Shown: in pieces, positions 46,161-55,427 of the stretch | Layout: the number at the start of each line of letters is the position of its first letter | Position numbering within the stretch: position 1 is the stretch's first letter | NCBI GenBank assembly: GCA_023429985.1 | Contig: JAEZCV010000141.1 | Span: 1,857-65,856, forward strand | Reading direction: 5' to 3' | Length of the DNA stretch: 64,000 bases | Origin: Bacteroidota bacterium | GTDB taxonomy: Bacteria > Bacteroidota > Bacteroidia > Chitinophagales > Chitinophagaceae | Translations under genes and position numbers: made by a program | The notes under the pieces: model-generated | What the model was told of the DNA's origin: nothing | The model's database searches: none | The model's input: the letters and a program-made list of their open reading frames with translations, nothing else

Positions 46161-47996
46161 ATGTGCGGCATTGCAGGCATCCTGTCGCAAAACAAACAGT
46201 TAATAAGCAGGGAAAGAATACTTTCCGGTATTTCGGTTCTGCATCACCGTGGGCCAGACAGCCAGGGACTTTACCTGAAAGAAAACATTGCCCTGGCACA
46301 TAAAAGACTTTGCATTATTGACTTGAGTGAGAAAGCTTCTCAGCCCTTTAATTATCGTAATCGTTATAGCCTGGTTTACAATGGCGCGGTATATAATTAT
46401 ATTGAGCTGAGAAAAGATCTTGAAAAAAAAGGCTTTTCATTCCATTCCGATTCCGACACCGAAGTAGTTGTTGCGGCTTATGCTGCATATGGCAAAGATT
46501 GTTTAGCGCTGTTTGATGGCATGTTTGCATTTGCCATTTGGGATGAAGAAACAAAAAAACTTTTTGCCGCCCGCGACCGAATGGGAGAAAAACCTTTCTT
46601 TTTTTATTATGATGGAGAACAGTTTCTATTTGCCAGTGAAATAAAAGCATTCTGGAATATGAATATCAGCAGGGAGATCAACCCTGCTATGATGTATAAT
46701 TTTTTAACCATCGGTTATACTTCCAATCCTGGCGATCCGCAGGAAACTTTTTTCAGGAATATTCATAAACTACCTCCAGCCAGTTATATTGAATATTACC
46801 TGAAGGATGAACCGGTTATTGAAAAATATTGGTTTCCCGAAAGCAAGATCATTGAAAATTATAATGAAAAAGCGTCGATAGAGAAATTCACCGAGTTGCT
46901 TAAAAACTCAGTGAAAAAAAGATTAAGAAGTGATGTGGCCATAGGAAGCAGCTTAAGCGGGGGATTGGACAGTTCCTCCATAGTTGCTGTATGCAAGGCG
47001 TTAAATGCAAATTACAGCCATAAATGTTTTACAGCTTCGTTTGAAGGTTTTGAGAAAGATGAAACAAAATTTGCCAAAATAGTTGCAGATAAATTCGGAC
47101 TCGAGCTTTTTCCTGTAACTATAGATACCGAAAACATAACCACACTGATGGACCAGGTGATGGAGCAGCAGGAAGAACCTGTTTCTTCCGGAAGTCCACT
47201 TGCCCAGTATAAAGTGTACCAGGCTGCAAAAGAAAATGGTGTATCAGTAGTGTTAGATGGGCAGGGCGCTGACGAGATATTAGGTGGTTATCATAAGTAT
47301 TATAGCTGGTACTGGCAGGAATTGTTTCGTAAAGGAAAACTTGCCGCTTCAGGTGAACTGGAAGCAACAAGAGCCCATGATATTTTCCAGCCATTTTCTC
47401 TAAAACATAAACTGGCAGCAAGGTTTCCCGATCTTTTTGCAGCTCTGTGGCAAAGCAGGAAAGCTAAAATGGCATCAAATAGTTTTGACCTGGACAGGAA
47501 TTTTGCTTTTAGCAATAAAAGAAATTTTTATTACAGCCTTCCTCCCACGCATGATTTGAATGGTGCGCTTTTCTTTAACAGTTTTGTTTATGGACTGGAA
47601 GAGTTATTGAGGCTGGCCGACAGAAACAGCATGGCCCATGCTGTAGAAGTGCGCCTGCCTTTTTTATCTGCGGATGTGGTAAGTTTTATGTTTTCGCTTC
47701 CGGCAGAGGCCAAAATAAAAAAGGGGTGGACAAAATATTTATTGAGAAAATCAATGGAGCCTGTTTTGCCAGCGGAAATAGTTTGGAGAAAAGATAAAAA
47801 TGGTTTTGAACCTCCCCAGAAACAATGGATGAATGAAAAAAATGTAAAAGATGCCATTCAGGAGGCAAAGAGAACCCTGGTGAAAAACAATTTTTTGAAT
47901 GAATCTGTTCTGCAAAAAAAAATAAAGCCGCATGATGCACATGCGGCCGTATCAAACGACTGGAAATACTGGAGTGCTTCCTACCTGCTTAGGTGA
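46161..47996 (+). CDS. asnB: Asparagine synthase (glutamine-hydrolysing) family amidotransferase
   Basis: MCGIAG N-terminal nucleophile, HRGPD, SDTEV, LSGGLDSS, GQGADE, EVRLPFL. Confidence 0.95.
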   Translation: MCGIAGILSQNKQLISRERILSGISVLHHRGPDSQGLYLKENIALAHKRLCIIDLSEKASQPFNYRNRYSLVYNGAVYNYIELRKDLEKKGFSFHSDSDTEVVVAAYAAYGKDCLALFDGMFAFAIWDEETKKLFAARDRMGEKPFFFYYDGEQFLFASEIKAFWNMNISREINPAMMYNFLTIGYTSNPGDPQETFFRNIHKLPPASYIEYYLKDEPVIEKYWFPESKIIENYNEKASIEKFTELLKNSVKKRLRSDVAIGSSLSGGLDSSSIVAVCKALNANYSHKCFTASFEGFEKDETKFAKIVADKFGLELFPVTIDTENITTLMDQVMEQQEEPVSSGSPLAQYKVYQAAKENGVSVVLDGQGADEILGGYHKYYSWYWQELFRKGKLAASGELEATRAHDIFQPFSLKHKLAARFPDLFAALWQSRKAKMASNSFDLDRNFAFSNKRNFYYSLPPTHDLNGALFFNSFVYGLEELLRLADRNSMAHAVEVRLPFLSADVVSFMFSLPAEAKIKKGWTKYLLRKSMEPVLPAEIVWRKDKNGFEPPQKQWMNEKNVKDAIQEAKRTLVKNNFLNESVLQKKIKPHDAHAAVSNDWKYWSASYLLR

Positions 47997-48428
47997 TCAG
48001 CCTTTGGTGATCTTTTTTGTTACAGAAAGATTGCCGTAGGGATCTGATTGTACATGCGTCCAGGTTTTTTCATCTTCAAGGATAATATGGTAAGAAAGTT
48101 CGTGCGGTGTAGTTACTTCGGTAACATTAAATATTTTTTTGCCATCGAATTTTTTCTGAATTCTTGACTGTAAAAATATAGGAAGCACCTCGCCTTTATA
48201 ATACCTTATGCTTCTTACTATATTTCCCTGTTCATCGTATTGAACCCTCAATGTGATTTCATTTTGAGTGAAGCTTGCTTCAAAATTATCTTCCACTTCC
48301 TGCCAGGTTACATCAGAAACGTGTTGAAAGGTTTTGTTGAATGATTCCAATACTTTTTCTGTTGGACCGGTAGCATGTAAAATGGATGTTGAAAACATAA
48401 ACGCTGCTGCTATTAATATCTTTTTCAT
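47997..48428 (-). CDS. Secreted PepSY-like / BLIP-like repeat protein
   Basis: Signal peptide; SFNKTF...VTW...FEASF...YDEQG...LP repeat pattern. Confidence 0.7.
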   Translation of the reverse strand: MKKILIAAAFMFSTSILHATGPTEKVLESFNKTFQHVSDVTWQEVEDNFEASFTQNEITLRVQYDEQGNIVRSIRYYKGEVLPIFLQSRIQKKFDGKKIFNVTEVTTPHELSYHIILEDEKTWTHVQSDPYGNLSVTKKITKG

Positions 48429-48735
48429 GATGAAAGGTTTTATGTATTAATTAATCTTTTCAATACGAAGCTATTTCTGTGAAACTGGCATATCAAGCAA
48501 TTCTACGTCAGCGGCAAGGGGCGTTAACCACGAAAAATTTCAAAAAAACTGCTTCCGGGATAAAGGCGTTAAATACATGCATAAAGCGTGAAGAACTAAG
48601 ATTGAATTGCCAATAATTAAAATTTGCAAAATGGTTAAGTAATTGTTAATCAAAAATTCTCGATGATGAATGGTTTTGATCATTGATTAAAAAGATTGGA
48701 TCATATTCTTCATCTTTGCTGCTTAATAGGAAATT

Positions 48736-49875
48736 ATGAAACAAGGAACAAGGTTTATACATGCGGGTGTGGAACCCGATCCAACAACAGGCGCAATTAT
48801 GACTCCCATATATCAAACCTCCACTTATGTGCAGGAAGCTCCTGCACAGCATAAGGGTTATGAATATGCCAGGAGCCAGAATCCAACAAGAACCGCTCTT
48901 GAATCGGCCTTTGCAGCTATTGAAAATGGTAATTACGGTCTTGCCTTCAGCAGTGGTGTTGCTGCAACCGATGCAGTTATAAAATTACTGCAGCCTGGTG
49001 ATGAAGTAATTGCAGGTAATGATATGTATGGAGGTACCTATCGTTTATTTTCAAAGGTTTTTGAAAAGTTTGGAATTAAGTTCCATTATATCAATATGCA
49101 GGATGCACAAAACATCAGGCAACATATTAATTCCAAAACCAGGCTGGTATGGATTGAAACCCCTACCAACCCTTTGATGAACATTACAGATATTGAAGCT
49201 GTTGCTGCCATAACAAAAGAGCACAAATTGCTGCTTTGCGTTGATAATACATTTGCTTCACCCTATTTGCAGAACCCCTTAGATCTTGGTGCCGACCTTG
49301 TAATGCATTCGGTTACAAAATATATTGGAGGTCATAGTGATGTAATACAGGGCTGCCTGGTAATGAAGGATAAGGAACTGAGAGAACAACTTTACTTTAT
49401 ACAAAAATCATGTGGAGCCGTTCCGGGACCTCAGGATTGTTTCCTGGTATTGCGTGGAATTAAAACCCTGCATGTGCGCATGCAAAGGCATTGCGAAAAT
49501 GGTGAAAAAGTGGCGCATTACCTGCGCAAACATCCAAAAGTTGCAAAGGTTTTCTGGTGTGGCTTTGAAGATCATCCCAACCACAACATCGCTAAAAAGC
49601 AAATGCGTGGTTATGGCGGTATGATGAGTTTTGTGTTGAAGGATGAAAGTGTTGAGGCAGCAAAAAAACTGCTTTCCTCCTCAAAAGTTTTTGCATTGGC
49701 AGAAAGTTTGGGTGGCGTGGAATCGCTTATTAACCATCCTGCTTCCATGACGCATGCCTCCATTCCAAGGGAGGAAAGAATAAAAAATGGCTTATCCGAT
49801 TCATTGATACGGTTAAGCGTGGGAATAGAAGATATAGAAGATATAATTGCCGATCTTGAACAGGCAATTGGATAA
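48736..49875 (+). CDS. Cystathionine gamma-synthase/lyase (Cys/Met metabolism PLP enzyme)
   Basis: PIYQTSTY, YEYARSQNPTR, ETPTNP, DNTFASP, HSVTKYIGGHSD, LAESLGGVESL. Confidence 0.93.
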   Translation: MKQGTRFIHAGVEPDPTTGAIMTPIYQTSTYVQEAPAQHKGYEYARSQNPTRTALESAFAAIENGNYGLAFSSGVAATDAVIKLLQPGDEVIAGNDMYGGTYRLFSKVFEKFGIKFHYINMQDAQNIRQHINSKTRLVWIETPTNPLMNITDIEAVAAITKEHKLLLCVDNTFASPYLQNPLDLGADLVMHSVTKYIGGHSDVIQGCLVMKDKELREQLYFIQKSCGAVPGPQDCFLVLRGIKTLHVRMQRHCENGEKVAHYLRKHPKVAKVFWCGFEDHPNHNIAKKQMRGYGGMMSFVLKDESVEAAKKLLSSSKVFALAESLGGVESLINHPASMTHASIPREERIKNGLSDSLIRLSVGIEDIEDIIADLEQAIG

Positions 49876-49880
49876 TAATG

Positions 49881-49904
49881 AAACCCTGCTGAGGCAGGGT
49901 TTTT
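49881..49904 (+). terminator. Intrinsic terminator
   Basis: AAACCCTGC-tgag-GCAGGGTTT plus T-tract. Confidence 0.85.
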
Positions 49905-49916
49905 AATTTTGCTTTC

Positions 49917-50687
49917 GTGGACAAAAAGCTAATAGATTTTTTAAACACCAAAGTGAAGGAATTTAACCAGCCTTCATTTATTGCATCCGACCCTGTTTCG
50001 GTTCCGCACCGTTTTCATAAAAAGCAGGATATTGAAATTGCAGGTTTTTTTGCTTCGATATTTGCCTGGGGAAATCGAAAAACCATCATCAATAAAACCA
50101 ATGAGTTGATGCATTTGATGGATGATAGTCCTCACAACTTCTGCCTTGAATATTCTCCTTCAAAAATGAAGCGGTTAATTCAATTCAGGCACCGCACTTT
50201 TAATGAAACAGATCTGTATTATTGTATTGAATTCTTTCATCACCATTATTCCAAACATAATTCTTTGGAAACTGCGTTTTCAAATTGGATGGATCCGGGC
50301 GATGAACATATCGAGAATGCACTGAAGGGTTTCCATGATTATTTTTTTTCACTTCAGGGGTCTCCCATGCGAACAAGAAAGCATATTGCCACACCGGCAA
50401 GATCTTCTACCTGCAAAAGACTGAACATGTATTTAAGGTGGATGGTTAGAAAAGATAAAAAGGGTGTTGATTTTGGAATCTGGAACAAGATAACTTCCCG
50501 GCAACTGGTTTGCCCTGTTGATTTGCATGTGGCACGCGTGGCACGACGCCTTGGCCTTATCAAAAGAAAACAAACCGACTGGCAAACTGCTTTGGAACTC
50601 ACCAGTGTGTTGAAACAGCTTGATGCTTCCGACCCGGCAAAATATGATTTTGCTTTGTTTGGGCTGGGCGTTTTTGAAAAATATTAG
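49917..50687 (+). CDS. TIGR02757 / DUF2400 family protein
   Basis: FIASDPVSVPH, AWGNRK, CKRLNMYLRWMVR, DFGIW, PVDLHV, DPAKYDFALFG. Confidence 0.92.
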   Translation: MDKKLIDFLNTKVKEFNQPSFIASDPVSVPHRFHKKQDIEIAGFFASIFAWGNRKTIINKTNELMHLMDDSPHNFCLEYSPSKMKRLIQFRHRTFNETDLYYCIEFFHHHYSKHNSLETAFSNWMDPGDEHIENALKGFHDYFFSLQGSPMRTRKHIATPARSSTCKRLNMYLRWMVRKDKKGVDFGIWNKITSRQLVCPVDLHVARVARRLGLIKRKQTDWQTALELTSVLKQLDASDPAKYDFALFGLGVFEKY

Positions 50688-50857
50688 AAGAAGAACCGCC
50701 TGTCTCGCCCTCCTGCCTTTCCGCCGCCTTTATTTCTAATGTATACATAAAGCTCAGGACGATTTTTCGCATGGTGTTATATTACTCAACATCATTCTTA
50801 GAGCTGTAGCATTTTTCGGATATGCGGTGGATTAATGATAATCCTGATCTTTGTATT

Positions 50858-51172
50858 ATGGAACTCAACAGGGCCGAGCGCATTTTAGCATCCATTCAAC
50901 TTGATACTGCCATTTTTAAAAAGGCTGAAATAAGAGAAGAGCTTATCAGTTTCATCAATTACCTTTTGTTTGAAGATTTCAATTTGTTGCTGCATTTGCT
51001 TTACAGGGTAGATGTAAATGAAGAAAAATTAAAGATCCTTGTAAAGGAAAATCCTGGCAAGGACACTGCAACCATCATTGCTGATATGCTAATTGAACGA
51101 CAGGAAGAAAAGCTGAGAACAAAAGCTTTATTGAAAGATGGCGATGATATAAAGGATGAAGAAAAATGGTGA
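50858..51172 (+). CDS. Hypothetical protein
   Basis: INYLL...DF..LL.LLYRVDVNEEK helical protein; ATG 50858 preferred. Confidence 0.8.
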   Translation: MELNRAERILASIQLDTAIFKKAEIREELISFINYLLFEDFNLLLHLLYRVDVNEEKLKILVKENPGKDTATIIADMLIERQEEKLRTKALLKDGDDIKDEEKW

Positions 51173-51550
51173 TCATTCTTCCACGCGTCTTAAATACAGG
51201 ATCTCTCCATTTTTGGAGGTAAAATTCGAAGGTCTTCTTTCTTCAAATACCTGCCATTGAATCAGATTTTTGTGAACAAAACTCAGGATTGTTTTTAAAC
51301 TCGTGTTACTGTTTTGATCTTTAACGTCGAAATCCAGGGTTCCTGGTACCGACTCTAGGTTGATCTTTATGGAGGAAGCAGGTTTTTTATCTTCCATGAA
51401 AATCAAAAAAATATTGTTACTGTCAATGATCTCCAATCCTGCCCCATCAACCGAGCGCCATTTACCCCTGAGATCTGAAAAATTATATTCCTGTCCCCAT
51501 GCAAGCAGATTCATCAACATCCCAAATAAAAATAGTCCCACGTTCTTCAT
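51173..51550 (-). CDS. Secreted hypothetical protein (lipocalin-like beta fold possible)
   Basis: Signal peptide, LRGKW motif near the N-terminus. Confidence 0.75.
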   Translation of the reverse strand: MKNVGLFLFGMLMNLLAWGQEYNFSDLRGKWRSVDGAGLEIIDSNNIFLIFMEDKKPASSIKINLESVPGTLDFDVKDQNSNTSLKTILSFVHKNLIQWQVFEERRPSNFTSKNGEILYLRRVEE

Positions 51551-51636
51551 AAATCCATTTATTATAATGGTACGAACAATGTGCCATACAAATCAGCGGC
51601 ATTATTTTTTTGAGTAGAAGGCAAAACCCCCCGAAT

Positions 51637-53172
51637 ATGAAAAGAGATGGTGCGAATAGCAGCCTCTGGCAAAAGAACATGATGGATTATGAAACGTCAA
51701 CTCATAACATAAGCAAAAGGAAATTTGATGTTATTATAGCAGGTGGAGGTGTTACGGGTATAACCACTGCACTTGAACTGCAAAAAGCAGGAAAATCATG
51801 CTTATTGCTGGAAGCTCAATCGCTTTGTTTTGGAACTACCGGTGGCACCACTGCACATTTAAATAGTTTTTTTGATACTTCTTATGATCAGATAAAATCA
51901 GATTTTGGGGAAGATGCTATACACCTGGTAGTAAATGCAACAACAAGGGCTTTGGATCTTTACCGTCAGAATATTGAAGAATATAATATTGACTGTGGCT
52001 ATGAGCACAAGGATGGATACCTCTATTCCCGCGATCATAAACAAACTGCCCAGCTAAATAAGATTTACGAAGCTTCGGTTCAGGCAGGTGCTGATGTTGC
52101 ATATACCGACCGTATTCCGGTGCCGGTAGATTTTCAGCGGGCAATTGTTTACCGCGACCAGGCGCAGGTGCACCCAACAAAATATGTTTTTGCACTGGCC
52201 AGGGCTTTTGAAGATGCCGGGGGACTTATTTTACAGCAATGCCGCCTGGAAGATGCCGTGGAAGTTGACGATATGGTTACTGCAAATACAAGCCTGGGAG
52301 TTTTCCAGGCCAGCTTCCTTATTTATGCCACCCACATTCCTCCACATATTAACCTCTTGCATTTTCGTTGTGCACCCTATCGTAGTTATGCAATGGCTGT
52401 TAAACTAAATGGCGATTACCCCGATGGATTGTGCTATGATATGTATGATCCTTACCATTATTACAGAACACAGGAAATAAATGGAGAAAAGTTTTTTATA
52501 GTTGGAGGCGAAGATCACAAAACGGGACATGAGCAAAACACGGAAGCATGTTTCCGGAAACTGGAAGCACATGTTCGTGAGTTTTTTGATGTAAAGGAAG
52601 TGAGCCATAAATGGTCTTCGCAATATTTTGAACCCAGCGACGGGCTGGCCTATATTGGTCTGCTACCAGGTAGCAAAGGAAATATTCTTGTGGGCACGGG
52701 ATTTAGCGGGAATGGCATGACCTACAGCCATATCGCTGCCCTATTATTTAACGACCTTATTCATAAAAAAGAAAATGCATGGGCCGCCTTGTTTAGTCCG
52801 AACAGGTTGAAACCAATTGCAGGTTTTGCAGAATTCATTAAGGAAAATGCCGATGTGGTAACACAATTTTTTGGCAAACGAATTAATACGGAGAAGATCG
52901 CGGAACTTTCAGAAATGGCACCGGGTGAAGGAAGGCTTGTGAAGTTTGAAGGAAAGCGACTGGCGATTTATAAAGATGAAAAGGGAAAGATCTATGCTTT
53001 GAATCCTGTGTGTACACATGCCAAATGTATTGTTGACTGGAACCAGTCAGAAAAAAGCTGGGATTGTCCATGCCATGGTGCGCGCTATAATGTTGATGGT
53101 ACTGTTATTACTGGTCCGGCACATAAGGCCCTGGAAGTTGTTTCGGTAAAAGATCTGGTGGAGAAGGGGTAG
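51637..53172 (+). CDS. FAD-dependent oxidoreductase with C-terminal Rieske 2Fe-2S domain (YhfW-like)
   Basis: GGGVTG FAD motif, GTTGGTTAHL, CTHAKC and WDCPCHGARY Rieske ligands. Confidence 0.93.
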   Translation: MKRDGANSSLWQKNMMDYETSTHNISKRKFDVIIAGGGVTGITTALELQKAGKSCLLLEAQSLCFGTTGGTTAHLNSFFDTSYDQIKSDFGEDAIHLVVNATTRALDLYRQNIEEYNIDCGYEHKDGYLYSRDHKQTAQLNKIYEASVQAGADVAYTDRIPVPVDFQRAIVYRDQAQVHPTKYVFALARAFEDAGGLILQQCRLEDAVEVDDMVTANTSLGVFQASFLIYATHIPPHINLLHFRCAPYRSYAMAVKLNGDYPDGLCYDMYDPYHYYRTQEINGEKFFIVGGEDHKTGHEQNTEACFRKLEAHVREFFDVKEVSHKWSSQYFEPSDGLAYIGLLPGSKGNILVGTGFSGNGMTYSHIAALLFNDLIHKKENAWAALFSPNRLKPIAGFAEFIKENADVVTQFFGKRINTEKIAELSEMAPGEGRLVKFEGKRLAIYKDEKGKIYALNPVCTHAKCIVDWNQSEKSWDCPCHGARYNVDGTVITGPAHKALEVVSVKDLVEKG

Positions 53173-53212
53173 GTGAAAATTTCTAGTGCCAATTGAATCT
53201 ATTCGGGCAAAC

Positions 53213-53240
53213 AAAGAGCCGTGCAATTGCACGGCTTTTT
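53213..53240. terminator. Bidirectional terminator between the oxidoreductase and the tRNA-like gene
   Basis: AAAGAGCCGTGCAA/TTGCACGGCTTTTT inverted repeat. Confidence 0.85.
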
Positions 53241-53258
53241 CGTTCGCACCTGAAAAAG

Positions 53259-53380
53259 CTGTAGGGGGAGGAGTCGAACCTCCACGAGGCAGTTAGCATT
53301 CTTTATCAAAAAATGTTTGTCCTGTTATCCCCACCCCCGCGACGAGAGGGCATGTCTGCCTAAGGTTTCATCACCCCACA
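53259..53380 (-). ncRNA. Atypical tRNA-like RNA (GUC anticodon, 50-nt variable region)
   Basis: Acceptor TGTGGGG/CCCTACA plus G73; D arm ATGAAACCTTAGGCAGACAT; anticodon arm CCCTC-TCGTCGC-GGGGG; T arm GGAGG-TTCGACT-CCTCC; no encoded CCA. Confidence 0.8.
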
Positions 53381-53388
53381 GTGTATTG

Positions 53389-53414
53389 ACCATTCACCAT
53401 TCACCATTCACCAT
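53389..53414. repeat. 7-bp tandem repeat (ACCATTC), about 3.7 copies
   Basis: accattc accattc accattc accat. Confidence 0.85.
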
Positions 53415-53428
53415 CAATGATCTGAGAT

Positions 53429-53458
53429 CAAAACTAGGAGAGTTAAAACAATTTTCAA
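53429..53458 (-). promoter_or_regulatory. Bacteroidota -33/-7 promoter for the tRNA-like gene
   Basis: Minus strand TTG (53458-53456), 19-nt spacer, TAGTTTTG (53436-53429). Confidence 0.65.
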
Positions 53459-53533
53459 TCAACAGCACAAAATTTTCGATTTCGTTTAATTATTCATTTA
53501 TTTGTTGAAAAATAACTAAAAACACAACCTTAT

Positions 53534-54001
53534 ATGTCCCCTGTTTTAAATATTGACAAACTCGACCTGCAGATCATTCAGCAAATGATGCTGGATGCGG
53601 GAATATCTTATGCGGAAATTGGGAAGAAACTTTATGTTTCTGCGGGTACCATACATGTTCGCATTAAAAAATTACAGGAAGCCGGTATAATTAAAGGTGT
53701 GAAGTACGATGTTGATCTGCAGAAAATGGGCTATGATGTAATTGCCTTCATTGGTATTTACCTTGAAAAAAGTTCGCTTTATGATGTTGTTGCAAAAGAC
53801 CTGAAAAAAATACCCGAAATAGTGAGAATGAATTATACTACGGGCAATTACAGCATATTTGCAGAGATAATTTGTAAGGATATTGCTCAATTGCGTTCTA
53901 TCTTACACGACGAACTGCAAAAAATCAAAGGCATAGAAAGAACCGAAACTTTTATTTCACTCGAAGAAAGTCTTAAGCGAAGTGTAAAAGTTGCCACTTA
54001 A
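53534..54001 (+). CDS. asnC: Lrp/AsnC family transcriptional regulator
   Basis: IDKLDLQII, ISYAEIGKKL.VSAGTIHVRIKKL HTH, YTTGNYSIF, RTETFISL. Confidence 0.88.
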   Translation: MSPVLNIDKLDLQIIQQMMLDAGISYAEIGKKLYVSAGTIHVRIKKLQEAGIIKGVKYDVDLQKMGYDVIAFIGIYLEKSSLYDVVAKDLKKIPEIVRMNYTTGNYSIFAEIICKDIAQLRSILHDELQKIKGIERTETFISLEESLKRSVKVAT

Positions 54002-54005
54002 GCTA

Positions 54006-55418
54006 ATGAAATCTCTTTCACTCATCAAAGGACTGACATGGCTTATCCTGCTTAACGTTATTGTGAAGCCGGTATGGATTCTTTTGATCGACCGCGAAGT
54101 TCAAAACAGGTTAGGGCATGAGGTTTACGGTTCTTATTTTGCATTATTCAATCTTTCCCTGATACTGCTTTTCCTTGCCGATGCCGGGCTGTCTAATCTT
54201 ATGAACCGGCAACTGGCCTTAGCGCCCGGTACAAGTCCGCGACCTTACCTGAAAATTAAGTTGTTGCTTTCCGTTGTTTATATTTCGTTTATTTTACTGA
54301 TTGCATATGCGTCCGGAATCCGGCAATGGGAAGTTCTTTTTTACATCATAGGCATTCATTTAGTCACTTCATTTTTTTTGTTTGTACGTAGCATCATCAC
54401 TGCCAGTCAGCTTTTTACTGCCGATGCCTGGTTTTCTGTAATAGATAAGTTTATACTGATAATACTTGCAGGCAGTTTTTTATACTGGCCATCCGTTTTT
54501 GGAGAAATGGATCTTCGCATTTTTTTACAGGTTCAGTTATTCAGTTCCATTACTGCATTAATTATTGCCATAGTTTTTTTATTGAGTAAAAAATTAGTGA
54601 AGCCGGGTTTAGATCCTGTCAGGTCATGGTCGTTAATTAAATCCACACTTCCATTTGCTGTGGTGATTTTATTAATGGGTATTCATTCACGTTTAGATGC
54701 CTTCATCCTGGAAAGAACACATCCATCAGGTGCAATGCAGTCGGGCATTTATGCCATGGGTTTCAGGCTGCTGGATGCCGCAAACATGATAGGATACCTG
54801 GCAGCGTCTTTTTTAGTGCCCTTCATTGCCCGTAACCTGGGAAATATGATACTGGTTGAAAAAGTGGTTTTAGGTTTAAGGCATGTGCTGGTGGTTGCTG
54901 CTGTTTTCATCTGCAGTTTTATGTTTGTTTTCCATGAATGGGTTGCGGGAGTATTGTATCACACCCGGGATATTTTCAGCTCCGATGTTATCCGTTTTTC
55001 ATTAGCGGCACTTCCTGCATATTTTATTATTCACATATATGGGTCGTTGCTTACAGCTTCGGGAAGTTTGAGGTCTTTAATAAAAATCATGGGATCGGCC
55101 GTGGTAATTAACCTGGCTTTGAACTTTTGGCTCATTCCGGTTTACGGGGCCCTGGGGGCTTGCCTGGCAGCGCTTGGCAGCCAGTATTTTGCGGCCTTAT
55201 GTTGTTTTTATGTAGCATCCGGCAGGTTGAAAATAAGATTTCATTATCCTTCCATAGGAATTTATATAGTAGTATCCTCCCTGCTTATCTTATTATTTTA
55301 TTTAGGTAAAATGGCAGAAATGGATGTTTGGCTTATTTTAGCCCTTGCAGTTTCAATTATGGTCATCTTCCTGTTATCACAAACAGGATTTTTAAAAAAA
55401 CATTTTATCTCACGTTAA
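54006..55418 (+). CDS. Polysaccharide flippase (Wzx-like, MOP superfamily)
   Basis: About 12-14 TM; LLNVIVKPVWI, YGSYF, ADAGL, GIYA..FRLLDA, LIPVYGALGA. Confidence 0.85.
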   Translation: MKSLSLIKGLTWLILLNVIVKPVWILLIDREVQNRLGHEVYGSYFALFNLSLILLFLADAGLSNLMNRQLALAPGTSPRPYLKIKLLLSVVYISFILLIAYASGIRQWEVLFYIIGIHLVTSFFLFVRSIITASQLFTADAWFSVIDKFILIILAGSFLYWPSVFGEMDLRIFLQVQLFSSITALIIAIVFLLSKKLVKPGLDPVRSWSLIKSTLPFAVVILLMGIHSRLDAFILERTHPSGAMQSGIYAMGFRLLDAANMIGYLAASFLVPFIARNLGNMILVEKVVLGLRHVLVVAAVFICSFMFVFHEWVAGVLYHTRDIFSSDVIRFSLAALPAYFIIHIYGSLLTASGSLRSLIKIMGSAVVINLALNFWLIPVYGALGACLAALGSQYFAALCCFYVASGRLKIRFHYPSIGIYIVVSSLLILLFYLGKMAEMDVWLILALAVSIMVIFLLSQTGFLKKHFISR

Positions 55419-55427
55419 TCAGTTTAC

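Noticed and set aside
48430..48735. SAM riboswitch upstream of the cystathionine gamma-synthase/lyase gene
   Set aside because: I could not find SAM-I or SAM-II core sequences or a leader terminator, and a promoter-like CATCTTTG sits close to the ATG.
51597..51613. Sigma54-like site before the FAD/Rieske oxidoreductase
   Set aside because: The GG-to-G spacing is 12 nt rather than the required 10.
53259..53380. Ordinary tRNA-Asp, tRNA-Sec, tmRNA, Y RNA or intron-containing tRNA
   Set aside because: The variable region is far too long for tRNA-Asp, the anticodon is not UCA, it is too short for tmRNA or a group I intron, and it is not permuted like YrlA and has no Ro60/TROVE gene nearby.
53317..53508. 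63-aa plus-strand ORF
   Set aside because: Antisense to the tRNA-like gene and its repeat leader; the HSP/HHS content comes from the heptamer repeat.
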